A model generated the notes under the pieces. That model had not been told where the DNA came from. It made no database searches and saw only the letters and a program-made list of their open reading frames with translations. Shown here one piece after another: positions 30,377 through 42,443 of a stretch of DNA of 64,000 nt. Each line of letters starts with the position of its first letter. Positions within the stretch are counted from its first letter, which is position 1. Source of the DNA: Myxococcales bacterium (GTDB taxonomy: Bacteria; Myxococcota_A; Polyangia; Polyangiales; DASUME01). The position numbers and the translations under genes are program-made. Location: positions 7,776,001 to 7,840,000 of the forward strand of contig JASGJH010000001.1 in assembly GCA_047601445.1 (NCBI GenBank), written 5' to 3'.

Positions 30377-31225
30377 ATGGACGAGGACAATCCAAGCAAG
30401 ACCGCTCGACCGAGCCCCGCGGATATCACGCGGGAGCGCGAGAACTTCGTGCGCACCTTTTTGCGCAAGGGAGTCGAGTTTACCGAGGAGCTCCTGCGCG
30501 AGAACGATGACCTGCAAGCGCGCGTGGCCTTACTCGAGGCAGACAACGCCGCGCTGCGCACGCAGGTCAAGAGCGACGACGCCATGCGCGATGTGCTGCG
30601 CACCATCGAGCGCCTCGAGCAGGAGAAGCGCAGTTTGCTCGATCGCTCGAGCCAACTCGAGCAGCTCACCCGACGTCACGAGGGTCGCTACGCGGCCATC
30701 GAGCAAGAGCTCAACGACCTCGCCAACCTCTACGTGGCGAGCTTTCAGCTGCACTCCTCGCTCAAGCCGGGCGCCGTGCTGCAGCACATCAAAGAACTGC
30801 TCGCTCAGCTGGTGGGCGCAGAGCGCTTCTGCGTGTACGTGCTGAGCGACGATGGCAGCGAGGCCATCCCGGTGGGTTCGGAGGGGCTCCTCGAGAGCGA
30901 ACTCCTGCCCATCAAGGTCGGCCAGGGCTCGGTCGGTACGGTGTGCGCCACGGGCGTGTCCAGCGTGAAGCAGGGCGACCCGCTCGGCGAAGGCACGGTG
31001 GAGGCTCCCTTGGCGGTGCTCCCGATGCAGGTCGACGGACAGACGGTGGGTGTCATTTCCATCGTCGCGCTCCTCGAACAGAAACATGCTTGGGTTCAGG
31101 TCGATCAGGAGCTGTTCCACCTGCTCGGATCCCATGCAGCCGCGGCGTTGTTGGCGGCCCATCTTTATCAACGTCAACCCGATCTTCTCAGTGCGCTCGC
31201 CGGCCTCGGCGACGGCCTTAAGTGA
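30377..31225 (+). CDS. coiled-coil plus GAF domain protein with no output domain
   Basis: N-terminal heptads, then a GAF pattern (GSVGTV..G, LAVLPM..DGQTVGVI, DQELF.LL..HAA); start uncertain (30347-30377). Confidence 0.8.
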   Translation: MDEDNPSKTARPSPADITRERENFVRTFLRKGVEFTEELLRENDDLQARVALLEADNAALRTQVKSDDAMRDVLRTIERLEQEKRSLLDRSSQLEQLTRRHEGRYAAIEQELNDLANLYVASFQLHSSLKPGAVLQHIKELLAQLVGAERFCVYVLSDDGSEAIPVGSEGLLESELLPIKVGQGSVGTVCATGVSSVKQGDPLGEGTVEAPLAVLPMQVDGQTVGVISIVALLEQKHAWVQVDQELFHLLGSHAAAALLAAHLYQRQPDLLSALAGLGDGLK

Positions 31226-31231
31226 GGCCCC

Positions 31232-31609
31232 ATGGCTCAGTATCGATGTCTCGTGGTCGAAGATTCGCCGATGATGAGGCAGCTGCTCGTGTTCGCTCTG
31301 CAGCGTGTGCGCGAGGTGGAGGTCACCGAAGCCGATGACGGCGTGGATGGCTTGCGCAAGCTGGCTGGGCAGCGCTTCGACTTGATCATCACCGACATCA
31401 ACATGCCCATCATGGACGGGCTCAAGCTGGTGAAGCGCATCCGCAGCGATGAAGTGCACAAGGACGTGCCCATCATCATCATCACCACCGAGGGGTCCCA
31501 GGAAGACCGCTCGCGGGCGCTGGCGCTCGGCGCCAACGCGTACATCACCAAGCCCATTCAGGCGCCCCAGGTGATCGCCAAGGTCAAGGAGTTGTTGAAG
31601 CTCGACTAG
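31232..31609 (+). CDS. cheY: single-domain response regulator (CheY-like)
   Basis: LVVEDS, TDINMPIMDG, ITTE and YITKP; paralogous to the first REC gene. Confidence 0.9.
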   Translation: MAQYRCLVVEDSPMMRQLLVFALQRVREVEVTEADDGVDGLRKLAGQRFDLIITDINMPIMDGLKLVKRIRSDEVHKDVPIIIITTEGSQEDRSRALALGANAYITKPIQAPQVIAKVKELLKLD

Positions 31610-31698
31610 GCGCCGTTGCGAGTGTCGGGGATCGGGGGATCGCCGACCTTCGCGTAGACGTTTCTCGTCGGGGTCTCGGGGATGTGCCCTGCCTGTGT

Positions 31699-32493
31699 TC
31701 AGCTGCCCGAGGGCAACAACAGGAGTAGGGCGATCCCGAACAGGATGCGGTACACGGCGAACACATTGAAGGTGTGCGTCTGGATGTACTTCATCAACCA
31801 CTTCACCACGACGAAGGCGGTCACGGTGGAGACGACGAAGCCCAGGCCCAGGTCGGCCCAGTTCTCCTGGCCGACTCCGTGCTTGAGCTGCTTGAGGAGC
31901 GCGTAGGCACTGGCCGCGTACATGGTCGGGATGCCGAGCAGGAACGAGAACTCGGTGGCGGCCTTGCGGTCGCTGGTGCCGGAGAACATGGCAGCGAAGA
32001 TGGTGGCGCCCGAGCGGCTCGTGCCCGGGAAGATGGCGGCCGCGATTTGCGCCAGGCCCACCACCACGGCCGTGGTCCAGCTGACGTCGGAGCGCGAGAC
32101 TTGACGCTTGGCGAACCACTCCGCGCCTACGATCCAGATGCCCCCGAGGATCAAGGCCCACGCGATGGGCGTCACGCGCTCGGGCAGCTCGAAGCCGAGC
32201 TTGCTGACCACCAAGCCGAGTACGGCCGTGATCACGAAGGCCACGCCGAGCTTGGCCGCGTAGCCGCGCTGCCCGGGGTCGCCCAGGTTCGAGAGTAGGC
32301 CGAAGATGCGGCTCCAGAAGATCACCGTGATGGCCAGGATGGCGCCCGCCTGAATGCCGATGTTGAAAAGCTCCGAGCGCTGGCCCAGACCGAGCTGCTC
32401 GGCGATCAGGAGATGGCCCGTGCTGGAGATGGGCAGGAACTCGGTGATCCCTTCGATGATTCCCAGCAGGACCACTTGCAGAAAGTTGTTCAC
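31699..32493 (-). CDS. uppP: undecaprenyl-diphosphate phosphatase
   Basis: GIIEGITEFLPISSTGHL, IQAGAILA, PGTSRSGATI and ATEFSFLLGIP. Confidence 0.95.
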   Translation of the reverse strand: MNNFLQVVLLGIIEGITEFLPISSTGHLLIAEQLGLGQRSELFNIGIQAGAILAITVIFWSRIFGLLSNLGDPGQRGYAAKLGVAFVITAVLGLVVSKLGFELPERVTPIAWALILGGIWIVGAEWFAKRQVSRSDVSWTTAVVVGLAQIAAAIFPGTSRSGATIFAAMFSGTSDRKAATEFSFLLGIPTMYAASAYALLKQLKHGVGQENWADLGLGFVVSTVTAFVVVKWLMKYIQTHTFNVFAVYRILFGIALLLLLPSGS

Positions 32494-32630
32494 GCGCATC
32501 CCGGGCAGGCATGGCCGGTGGCTCCACGGGCCCCGACAAATTTGCTTCCGAGCATAGCGGGGGCCCTGCGGGTGTGCCCGTGCCCTCCGGTGACCTTGAC
32601 GTGCCTGTCGACTTCTCCCATCACCCGGCG

Positions 32631-33308
32631 ATGACGGGCCTCGACCCATCGAGCCGGAGTTGGCTGTCGCCGCGCGACCTGCCGCGCTTTGCGGGGGAGA
32701 CGCTGTTCGATCGCGTGGCCCAGGTGGTGTGCGCGGCCCACTGCCTCCCGCGCAAGGAGCTCTACGAGTCCTGGGCGGTGGCGCGACGTGTGCGAAGGCG
32801 GCTGCGCGGAGGGCGCGTGGTGGACCTCGCGGCAGGGCACGGATTGACGGCATGCCTGCTGCTCTTGCTCGACGACTCGAGCGAGTCCGCATTGGCCGTG
32901 GACACGCGCTTGCCTGCGAGCGCCGCGCGCTTGCTCACGGGGATGGTGGAGCGCTGGCCGCGCATGCGCGACCGGGTCAGTCTGGTGGAGCAGGATCTGG
33001 ACACCGTGCGCCTGTCTGCTTCCGACCTGGTGGTTTCGGTGCACGCCTGCGGTGCGCTCACTGACCGCGTGATCGAGCGGGCCGTGCAGGTGCGCGCGAG
33101 GGTCGCCGTGTTGCCCTGCTGTCACGATGAGGAGACCTGCGACACCGGGGGCCTGTTGGGCTGGCTCGACGTGGGCATGGCGGTGGACACCACGCGGGCA
33201 CTGCGCCTGCGCGAGCGGGGCTACCAGGTGCATACGCAGCTCATCCCGGAAGAGATCACGCCCAAGAACCGCCTACTCATCGCGCAGCCCGTGGACGAGC
33301 CGCGGTAG
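32631..33308 (+). CDS. SAM-dependent methyltransferase (Methyltransf_32/METTL25-like)
   Basis: VVDLAAGHG, VSVHACGALTD and VLPCCH motifs. Confidence 0.8.
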   Translation: MTGLDPSSRSWLSPRDLPRFAGETLFDRVAQVVCAAHCLPRKELYESWAVARRVRRRLRGGRVVDLAAGHGLTACLLLLLDDSSESALAVDTRLPASAARLLTGMVERWPRMRDRVSLVEQDLDTVRLSASDLVVSVHACGALTDRVIERAVQVRARVAVLPCCHDEETCDTGGLLGWLDVGMAVDTTRALRLRERGYQVHTQLIPEEITPKNRLLIAQPVDEPR

Positions 33309-33372
33309 TCGTCGAGGCGACGGGAGGGCTGCGCACGGCATCGCGGGGCAGGGCCTGCTATCGTCGCGGGCG

Positions 33373-33984
33373 ATGGTGCGAATCAAGGTCTGCGGCGTGA
33401 CTTCGGTGGCGGACGCGCGCATGTGCGTGGAGGCCGGGGTCGACGCCATCGGGCTCAACTTCTGGCCCAAGTCCGTGCGGCGTTGCGAAGAGAGCGTCGC
33501 TCGCGAGATCGCGCTGGCGGTGGCTGGCGAGGCTCTGCTGGTGGGCGTGTTCGTGGACGCGCCGGCCGCCGAGGTGGCGCGCATCCGAGACCAGGTGGGG
33601 CTGGGCTGTGTCCAGCTCCATGGCACCGAGTCGCCCGAGTTCCTGCAGCCCTTCTTGCCGCACGCCTACAAAGCGCTGCGCGTGCGCGGCCCTGGGGTTC
33701 GGGACGAGGTGCGGCTCTATCCCGGGGAGCACATCCTGCTCGATGCCTACGTGCCCGGCATGCCCGGTGGGACCGGGGCCACCTTCGACTGGCAGATTGC
33801 CGCCGAAATCGCCCGCGAGCGCAAGCTCACGCTGGCGGGGGGCATCACCGCCGACAACGTACGCGAGGCGGTGCACCAGGTGCGGCCCTTTTGCGTGGAT
33901 ACGGCCAGCGGCGTGGAGTCGAGTCCCGGCGTGAAGGATCCGCAGCTGGTGCACAAGTTGGTGCGCGAGGCGCGCTCGGCCTGA
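33373..33984 (+). CDS. trpF: phosphoribosylanthranilate isomerase
   Basis: RIKVCGVT, VGVFVD, VQLHG, GGTGATFDW, LAGGI and DTASGVESSPGVKD. Confidence 0.95.
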   Translation: MVRIKVCGVTSVADARMCVEAGVDAIGLNFWPKSVRRCEESVAREIALAVAGEALLVGVFVDAPAAEVARIRDQVGLGCVQLHGTESPEFLQPFLPHAYKALRVRGPGVRDEVRLYPGEHILLDAYVPGMPGGTGATFDWQIAAEIARERKLTLAGGITADNVREAVHQVRPFCVDTASGVESSPGVKDPQLVHKLVREARSA

Positions 33985-34103
33985 GATTTGGCGATCGCTC
34001 GCAGGCCCATTTCGCGAGCGTAGCGAACCTCGTGGTGGGGTAGGTCCCGGCGCAGCTTTGCAGCGACGGGCGGGAGGGCGCGGGCCCTCCCCGTGAACCG
34101 AGC

Positions 34104-34132
34104 TTGACGGGCCTCTCCGGGTCCGCCATCGT
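34104..34132 (+). promoter_or_regulatory. sigma70-like promoter of the trp leader (predicted TSS near the leader ATG)
   Basis: TTGACG(34104-09)-N17-CATCGT(34127-32), then 6 nt to ATG 34139. Confidence 0.6.
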
Positions 34133-34138
34133 GGGAAC

Positions 34139-34198
34139 ATGCTCCAGCGCACCAACCAGCACCGTCCGGCACCCGCCGGTCTTTGGTGGCCCCGCTAA
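34139..34198 (+). CDS. trpL: tryptophan leader peptide MLQRTNQHRPAPAGLWWPR (19 aa)
   Basis: Hand-translated ATG...TGG TGG CCC CGC TAA; tandem Trp codons sit just before hairpin segment 1, upstream of trpB. Confidence 0.85.
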   Translation: MLQRTNQHRPAPAGLWWPR

Positions 34199-34275
34199 CG
34201 CGGGGTCAGGCTGAGCGTCGCTAGAGTTTCTACGCACGAATCGAGCACACCCCGCCCGGCAACGCGGGGTGTTTT
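34188..34275 (+). promoter_or_regulatory. trp transcription attenuator (1:2, 2:3 and 3:4 alternative hairpins)
   Basis: Seg1 CCCCGC 34190-95, seg2 GCGGGGT 34200-06, seg3 ACACCCCGC 34247-55, seg4 GCGGGGTGT 34264-72, then TTT. Confidence 0.85.
34247..34275 (+). terminator. attenuator intrinsic terminator (3:4 stem)
   Basis: 9-bp stem ACACCCCGC/GCGGGGTGT with an 8-nt loop and a short U-tract. Confidence 0.75.
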
Positions 34276-34387
34276 GCCAGCTGGCCTAGCTCTCCGCGTT
34301 CCACGCCTCCGGAGAGCCCAGATGCCCACGAAAACACAGAACACTGCCTGCTTTTCCAGCGCACAGCCATGCGCTACCCCTCCCGAC

Positions 34388-35581
34388 ATGGAACCCGCGT
34401 TGCCTGGTCGGTTCGGCCCCTTTGGGGGACGCTTCGTCGCTGAAACATTGATGCCCGCTCTGGACGAGCTGGAGGCCGCCTATCGTGAGGCCCGCGCCGA
34501 CCCGAGCTTCGAGGCCGAGCGGCTGCGCCTCCTGCGCGATTACGTGGGCCGGGAGACCCCGCTCTACTTCGCGCAACGCCTGTCCGCCGAAGTGGGCCTG
34601 CGGGTGTGGCTCAAGCGCGAGGACCTGTGCCACACGGGTGCGCACAAGGTGAACAACACCATCGGCCAGGTGCTCTTGGCCAAGCGCATGGGCAAGCCGC
34701 GCGTGATCGCCGAGACCGGTGCCGGACAGCACGGCGTCGCCACTGCCACCGCGTGCGCGTTGTTCGGCCTCTCCTGCGAGGTCTTCATGGGGGCCGAGGA
34801 CGTGAAGCGTCAGGCGCCCAACGTGCTGCGTATGGGGCTCTTGGGCGCGAAGGTGCACGCGGTGAACTCCGGCTCGCGCACGCTCAAGGACGCCATGAAC
34901 GAGGCCATGCGCGACTGGGTCACCAACGTGCGGACCACCTATTACTGCGTCGGCAGCGCCGCGGGCCCGCACCCCTATCCCAGCATCGTGCGCGACTTCC
35001 AGGCCGTGATCTCCGAGGAGGCGCGGGCACAGTTCCTCGCGGTTTCCGGCAAGCTCCCGGCCGCCGTGGTCGCCTGCGTGGGAGGCGGTTCCAACGCCAT
35101 CGGCGCCTTCTACGCGTTCCTGGGGGACAAGGACGTGCGCTTGATCGGCGTGGAGGCCGAGGGAGAAGGCATCGCCACGGGCAAGCACGCGGCGACGCTC
35201 AGTGCGGGCAAGATCGGCGTGCTCCACGGCATGAAGAGCTACGTGCTGCAGGACGCGCACGGACAGGTCCAGGAGGCGCACTCCATCAGCGCAGGCCTCG
35301 ACTATCCCAGCGTCGGACCCGAGCACGCGTATCTGCGCGATACGGGTCGCGCCGAGTACGTGTCCATCACGGACGACAAGGCCATCGCGGGCTTCCAGCT
35401 CCTCGCGCGCACCGAGGGCATCTTGGCGGCGCTCGAGTCGAGCCACGCCATCGCCTATCTCCCCGAGCTCGGCAAGCGGCTGGGGCCCGACAACGACGTC
35501 GTGGTGTGCCTCTCGGGGCGCGGCGACAAGGACATGGAAACCATCACGCGCGTGCTCTCGGGCACCCGGGAGTCGCACTGA
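34388..35581 (+). CDS. trpB: tryptophan synthase beta chain
   Basis: [49 protein letters not shown] and LSGRGDKD. Confidence 0.97.
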   Translation: MEPALPGRFGPFGGRFVAETLMPALDELEAAYREARADPSFEAERLRLLRDYVGRETPLYFAQRLSAEVGLRVWLKREDLCHTGAHKVNNTIGQVLLAKRMGKPRVIAETGAGQHGVATATACALFGLSCEVFMGAEDVKRQAPNVLRMGLLGAKVHAVNSGSRTLKDAMNEAMRDWVTNVRTTYYCVGSAAGPHPYPSIVRDFQAVISEEARAQFLAVSGKLPAAVVACVGGGSNAIGAFYAFLGDKDVRLIGVEAEGEGIATGKHAATLSAGKIGVLHGMKSYVLQDAHGQVQEAHSISAGLDYPSVGPEHAYLRDTGRAEYVSITDDKAIAGFQLLARTEGILAALESSHAIAYLPELGKRLGPDNDVVVCLSGRGDKDMETITRVLSGTRESH

Positions 35582-35582
35582 C

Positions 35583-36383
35583 ATGAGTCGGTTGAACAAG
35601 GTCTTCGAGCGCGCTCGCGGCGAGCAGCGCGCGGCGTTGGTGGCGTACTTCTGCGCGGGGGATCCCGACGCCGACACCACGGTCGAGGTGGCGGTCGCGG
35701 CCGCCGAGGCGGGCGCTGACGTGCTCGAACTCGGCATGCCCTTCAGCGATCCCACTGCCGACGGTCCGGCCATCCAGCGAGCCAGCGAGCGCGCTCTCGC
35801 CAACGGCATGACGTTGGCGAAGACGCTCGAGGTAGCCGCGCGCATTCGCAAGCAGAGCGAGATCCCGATCGTGCTCTTCGGCTACTACAACCCGATCCTG
35901 GCCTACGGCGAGGAACGGCTGTGCAAGGCCGCGGCGCAGGCGGGTATCGATGGTCTGCTGGTGGTGGATCTTCCGCCCGAGGAGTGCGCACCGTTGCGTG
36001 AGCCGGCCTTGCGTGAGGGCATGGCCTTCGTGCCGCTCGTGGCTCCCACCAGCTCCGAGCCCCGTGTCGCCCTGGCGGCCACGGTCGCGGACGCTTTCAT
36101 CTACTACGTGTCGCTCACGGGTGTGACGGGTGCGGCTTCGGCGAACTTCGAGGAGGCCGCCGAGCGCGCGCGTCTGGTCCGCGAGCGCACCGGCAAGCCG
36201 GTGGCGGTGGGCTTCGGCGTCAGCACCGGAGCCGACGTGAAGAAGCTCTCGCGCTACGCCGATGGTGTCATCGTGGGCAGCGCGCTGGTGCGCGTGGTGG
36301 AGCAAGCCAAGGATCGCGCGAGCGCGGTATCCGGGGTGCGTGAGCTCGTGCGTGACCTCGCGAGCGGACTGTCCAGGGCGTAA
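35583..36383 (+). CDS. trpA: tryptophan synthase alpha chain
   Basis: AGDP, ELGMPFSDPTADGPAIQ, YYNP, VDLPPEE, GVTG, VGFGV and DGVIVGSA. Confidence 0.97.
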   Translation: MSRLNKVFERARGEQRAALVAYFCAGDPDADTTVEVAVAAAEAGADVLELGMPFSDPTADGPAIQRASERALANGMTLAKTLEVAARIRKQSEIPIVLFGYYNPILAYGEERLCKAAAQAGIDGLLVVDLPPEECAPLREPALREGMAFVPLVAPTSSEPRVALAATVADAFIYYVSLTGVTGAASANFEEAAERARLVRERTGKPVAVGFGVSTGADVKKLSRYADGVIVGSALVRVVEQAKDRASAVSGVRELVRDLASGLSRA

Positions 36384-36414
36384 CGAACCTCAACGATTGG
36401 AAGGCGGCGAGACC

Positions 36415-37242
36415 ATGACCTATTGCGTGGCCATCAAGCTGGATGCAGGCCTCGTGTTCGCTTCGGACTCGCGCACCAACGCCGGGCTCGATCAGATCAG
36501 CACCTTCCGCAAGATGATCGTCTACGAGCGGCCGGGCGATCGCTTCATGGTGTTGCTCTCCGCCGGAAACCTCGCCATCTCGCAGTCGGTGCGCGAGATC
36601 CTGCAGACCGAGGAGCTGGTGGACGCCCCGGGCGCGGAGCCGATCACCATCTGGAACGCCACCAGCATGTTCGACGCCGCGCGCGTACTGGGCAGCGCAG
36701 TGCGGCGCGTGTACGGCCAGGATGGTCGCGCGCTGCAGCAGTCGGGCGTGGACTTCAACGTGAGCCTGGTCTTCGGCGGCCAAATCCGCGGCGAGTCCAT
36801 GCGTCTGTTCCAGGTCTACTCGCCCGGCAACTTCATCGAGGCCACGCGCGAGACCTGCTATTTCCAGCTCGGCGAGTCCAAGTACGGCAAGCCCGTGCTG
36901 GACCGCATGATCACGCCCCACACCCCGCTGGCCGAGGCGGCCAAGTGCGCCCTCGTCTCGATGGACTCCACGCTCAAGTCGAATCTCTCGGTGGGGCTGC
37001 CGATCGACCTGTTGGTATACCGCGCTGGCAGCCTCCAGTGTGACGAAGTCGTCTGCATCGACGAAGGCAACCCCTACTTCACGATGATTCGAAGCACCTG
37101 GGGCGAGCGCTTGCGCGAGGTTTTCCAGGGCATCGACGACCCCGAGTGGGGCGTGGGCGACGCCCGCTACCCGCTGCGCGTGCGCTCCGATCGCTACGAG
37201 CCCATGCGCAAGATCGCCAATCCCGGCGAAAAGCTCGTCTGA
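36415..37242 (+). CDS. proteasome-type Ntn threonine protease, Anbu family
   Basis: N-terminal M-TYCVA with catalytic Thr1, FASDSRTNAG, AGNLA, GNFIEA, QLGESKYGKPVLDR and SNLSVGLPID. Confidence 0.9.
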   Translation: MTYCVAIKLDAGLVFASDSRTNAGLDQISTFRKMIVYERPGDRFMVLLSAGNLAISQSVREILQTEELVDAPGAEPITIWNATSMFDAARVLGSAVRRVYGQDGRALQQSGVDFNVSLVFGGQIRGESMRLFQVYSPGNFIEATRETCYFQLGESKYGKPVLDRMITPHTPLAEAAKCALVSMDSTLKSNLSVGLPIDLLVYRAGSLQCDEVVCIDEGNPYFTMIRSTWGERLREVFQGIDDPEWGVGDARYPLRVRSDRYEPMRKIANPGEKLV

Positions 37243-37286
37243 CGCCGTCAGCGCGCTCGGTTTCTGTCCGGGTGCTCGGGCTCGGG

Positions 37287-37499
37287 TCAGCGACCGTTGT
37301 AGGGCATGCGTGCGGGTTCGCGCTCGGTGCTGTCCATCATGGTCGGCTGGTGGTTGCGGCGACCGAACAAGCCCCACAGTGCGAGCAGGCCGAGTGCCAG
37401 CGGGATCAACCAGCGCCAGATGCTCGCGCCCGCGCGATGGCCCTCGTGCCGCTCTACGCGATAGTCTCCCGGAGCACGCTGCTGATGGAAGGTGGCCAT
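37287..37499 (-). CDS. small single-pass membrane protein (70 aa)
   Basis: AAGGAGAA RBS before the ATG; WRWLIPLALGLLALWGLF TM helix. Confidence 0.7.
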   Translation of the reverse strand: MATFHQQRAPGDYRVERHEGHRAGASIWRWLIPLALGLLALWGLFGRRNHQPTMMDSTEREPARMPYNGR

Positions 37500-37873
37500 G
37501 ACTTCTCCTTGCGGTTGAGAGTGGCGTGCCAGTGTCGAAGCGAGCCCTCGGGCGCGCGAGCCGAGAACCTCCGTGTCGCAGGCATGAAGGCTCGCTACGT
37601 CCTCCGCTCAAGCTTCAAACTGCCATGGGGCCTTCGGACCTTCGAGCAACAAAGCGGCTCGCGTGCAGCGCTTTCGATGGCCGTGAGCAGCGCGTCCGCG
37701 ACGCGCGTGCGGTGCTTCCCGCCGCGCAGAGAAACAGCCGGGACATGTCTGCAGGCGGAGAATCCAGGCAACAATCGCCTCCCACCTGTTACGTACATGG
37801 GCTGCTGTGCGACGTCCTGTAGAAGCGAAACGAGTCGGAAGCTCTCGAGACCGCCGGAAAAGGAGGGTGCACC

Positions 37874-38332
37874 ATGCAAGCAGGCTTCGAAGACAGCAGC
37901 CGTAAGGACGCGAAGCTAAAACCAGAGCGCGATGAAGACCTCGTCATTCCCATCGTGGAAGAGGAGCTCGAGATCGGTAAGCGCGAAGTCGAGGCGGGAG
38001 GCGTGCGCGTATCCACGCGCGTGAGCGCCGTTCCGGTGGAGCGCAGCATTACGCTGCGCGAAGAGCACGTGAGTGTGGAGCGCCGCGCGGTCGATCGCCC
38101 GATCACCGACCGGGACGAAGCCTTCAGGGAGCGCTCGCTCGAGATGAGGGCCAGCGCGGAACTGCCCTATGCCACCAAGCGTGCGCACGTGGTGGAGGAG
38201 ATCCGCGTGCACAAGGATGCCGCGGAGCACGAGGAGAGAATCCGCGATAGCGTGCGACACACCGACGTGGACATTGCGGAGATCGAAGCCCGGGCGATGC
38301 CGATGCGGAATCCTCCGCCCACCCAGCACTGA
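37874..38332 (+). CDS. YsnF/AvaK (DUF2382) domain stress protein
   Basis: IPIVEEELEIGKREVEAGGVRV, LREEHVSVERRAVDRP and KRAHVVEEIRVHK; AGGAGG RBS. Confidence 0.88.
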   Translation: MQAGFEDSSRKDAKLKPERDEDLVIPIVEEELEIGKREVEAGGVRVSTRVSAVPVERSITLREEHVSVERRAVDRPITDRDEAFRERSLEMRASAELPYATKRAHVVEEIRVHKDAAEHEERIRDSVRHTDVDIAEIEARAMPMRNPPPTQH

Positions 38333-38477
38333 GCGCCTCCTCGCGCTCGACTTGCAGACCGCTGACGTGCCCGCGGTACCCTTCGCGAACCGCCCGGGCC
38401 GGCACGGCGTGTGGTCTCCGCGCGCTCGTGTCCGCGGGCCCAGGACGCCATGATTTTTGCTCCCTCCCGCCATCCAC

Positions 38478-38483
38478 TATAAT
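38478..38483 (+). promoter_or_regulatory. candidate -10 element for the YbhB/YbcL gene
   Basis: Perfect TATAAT in a GC-rich intergenic region with a T-run/TTGC upstream; -35 spacing imperfect. Confidence 0.4.
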
Positions 38484-38580
38484 CGGCCCTTCGCGCGCGC
38501 CTGAGTGCGCGTTGGTAGGGGAGTCGTTCGGTCTGGAGCCGTGCTCGGGCCGGGCGCGTTTTGGAGAGGGAGGGCCGCCG

Positions 38581-39207
38581 ATGGCCTTTGAGCTGACGAG
38601 CAAGACGCTTCGCGAAGGACAACCCATCCCAGCCGTCAACGCCATGGGCGTGCCAGGCGAGGGTGGGCCCGTTCCGGGTCCCAACCGAAGCCCCCACTTG
38701 GCGTGGTCCGGGGCGCCTGCCGGCACGCAGTCGTTCGCGGTCATCTGTGTGGACCTGGACGCACCCACCAAGCCCGACGACGTGAACAAGAGCGACCGCA
38801 CGGTCCCCTACGCCCTGGCGCGCGCGGACTTCTTCCACTGGGTCTTGGTCGACATCCCGAAGAACATCACGGAACTCAGCGAGGGGCTCGACGCCGACGG
38901 CTTGGTGGCTGGCGGCAAGGCGCCGGAGCGTCGACCCTACGGCCTACGCGGCCTCAACGACTACACCGGCTGGTTCGCCACCGACGAGGCCATGGCCGGA
39001 CATTACGCAGGCTACGACGGTCCCTGGCCGCCTTTCAACGACGAGCGCCGCCATCGCTACGTGTTTCACCTGTTCGCGCTCGACGTCGAGAGCCTCGGCC
39101 TGAGCGGACACTTCGGCGGTGCCGACGCCCGCCGCGCCATGCGCGGGCGCGTTCTCGGTGAGACCACCATCAAGACTACCTACGCCATCTATCCCAAGGC
39201 GCGCTGA
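38581..39207 (+). CDS. YbhB/YbcL family (PEBP/Raf kinase inhibitor-like) protein
   Basis: NRSPHLAWSGAP.GTQSFAV...DLDAP, FFHWVLVDIP and YDGPWPP...HRYVFHLFALD. Confidence 0.92.
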   Translation: MAFELTSKTLREGQPIPAVNAMGVPGEGGPVPGPNRSPHLAWSGAPAGTQSFAVICVDLDAPTKPDDVNKSDRTVPYALARADFFHWVLVDIPKNITELSEGLDADGLVAGGKAPERRPYGLRGLNDYTGWFATDEAMAGHYAGYDGPWPPFNDERRHRYVFHLFALDVESLGLSGHFGGADARRAMRGRVLGETTIKTTYAIYPKAR

Positions 39208-39305
39208 AGCGCCCTGGCTATGGCGCGCCGAGCGCGCGCGCCCGCTTAAACGCCGACGGGGACCGCGCGTGCGATCCCCGTCCCGAGTTTCCGGCCGAAG
39301 CGAGT

Positions 39306-42439
<3,134 letters not shown>

Positions 42440-42443
<4 letters not shown>

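Noticed and set aside
33985..34387. Structured ncRNA (SRP RNA or T-box) in the trpF-trpB gap
   Set aside because: No SRP GGAA-loop motif or T-box consensus was seen; the hairpins are fully explained by a leader-peptide attenuator
37516..37531. Sigma54 promoter TGGCACG-CCAC-TCTCA on the minus strand before the 70-aa gene
   Set aside because: The -24 is perfect but the -12 lacks GC, and the predicted TSS would fall inside the RBS
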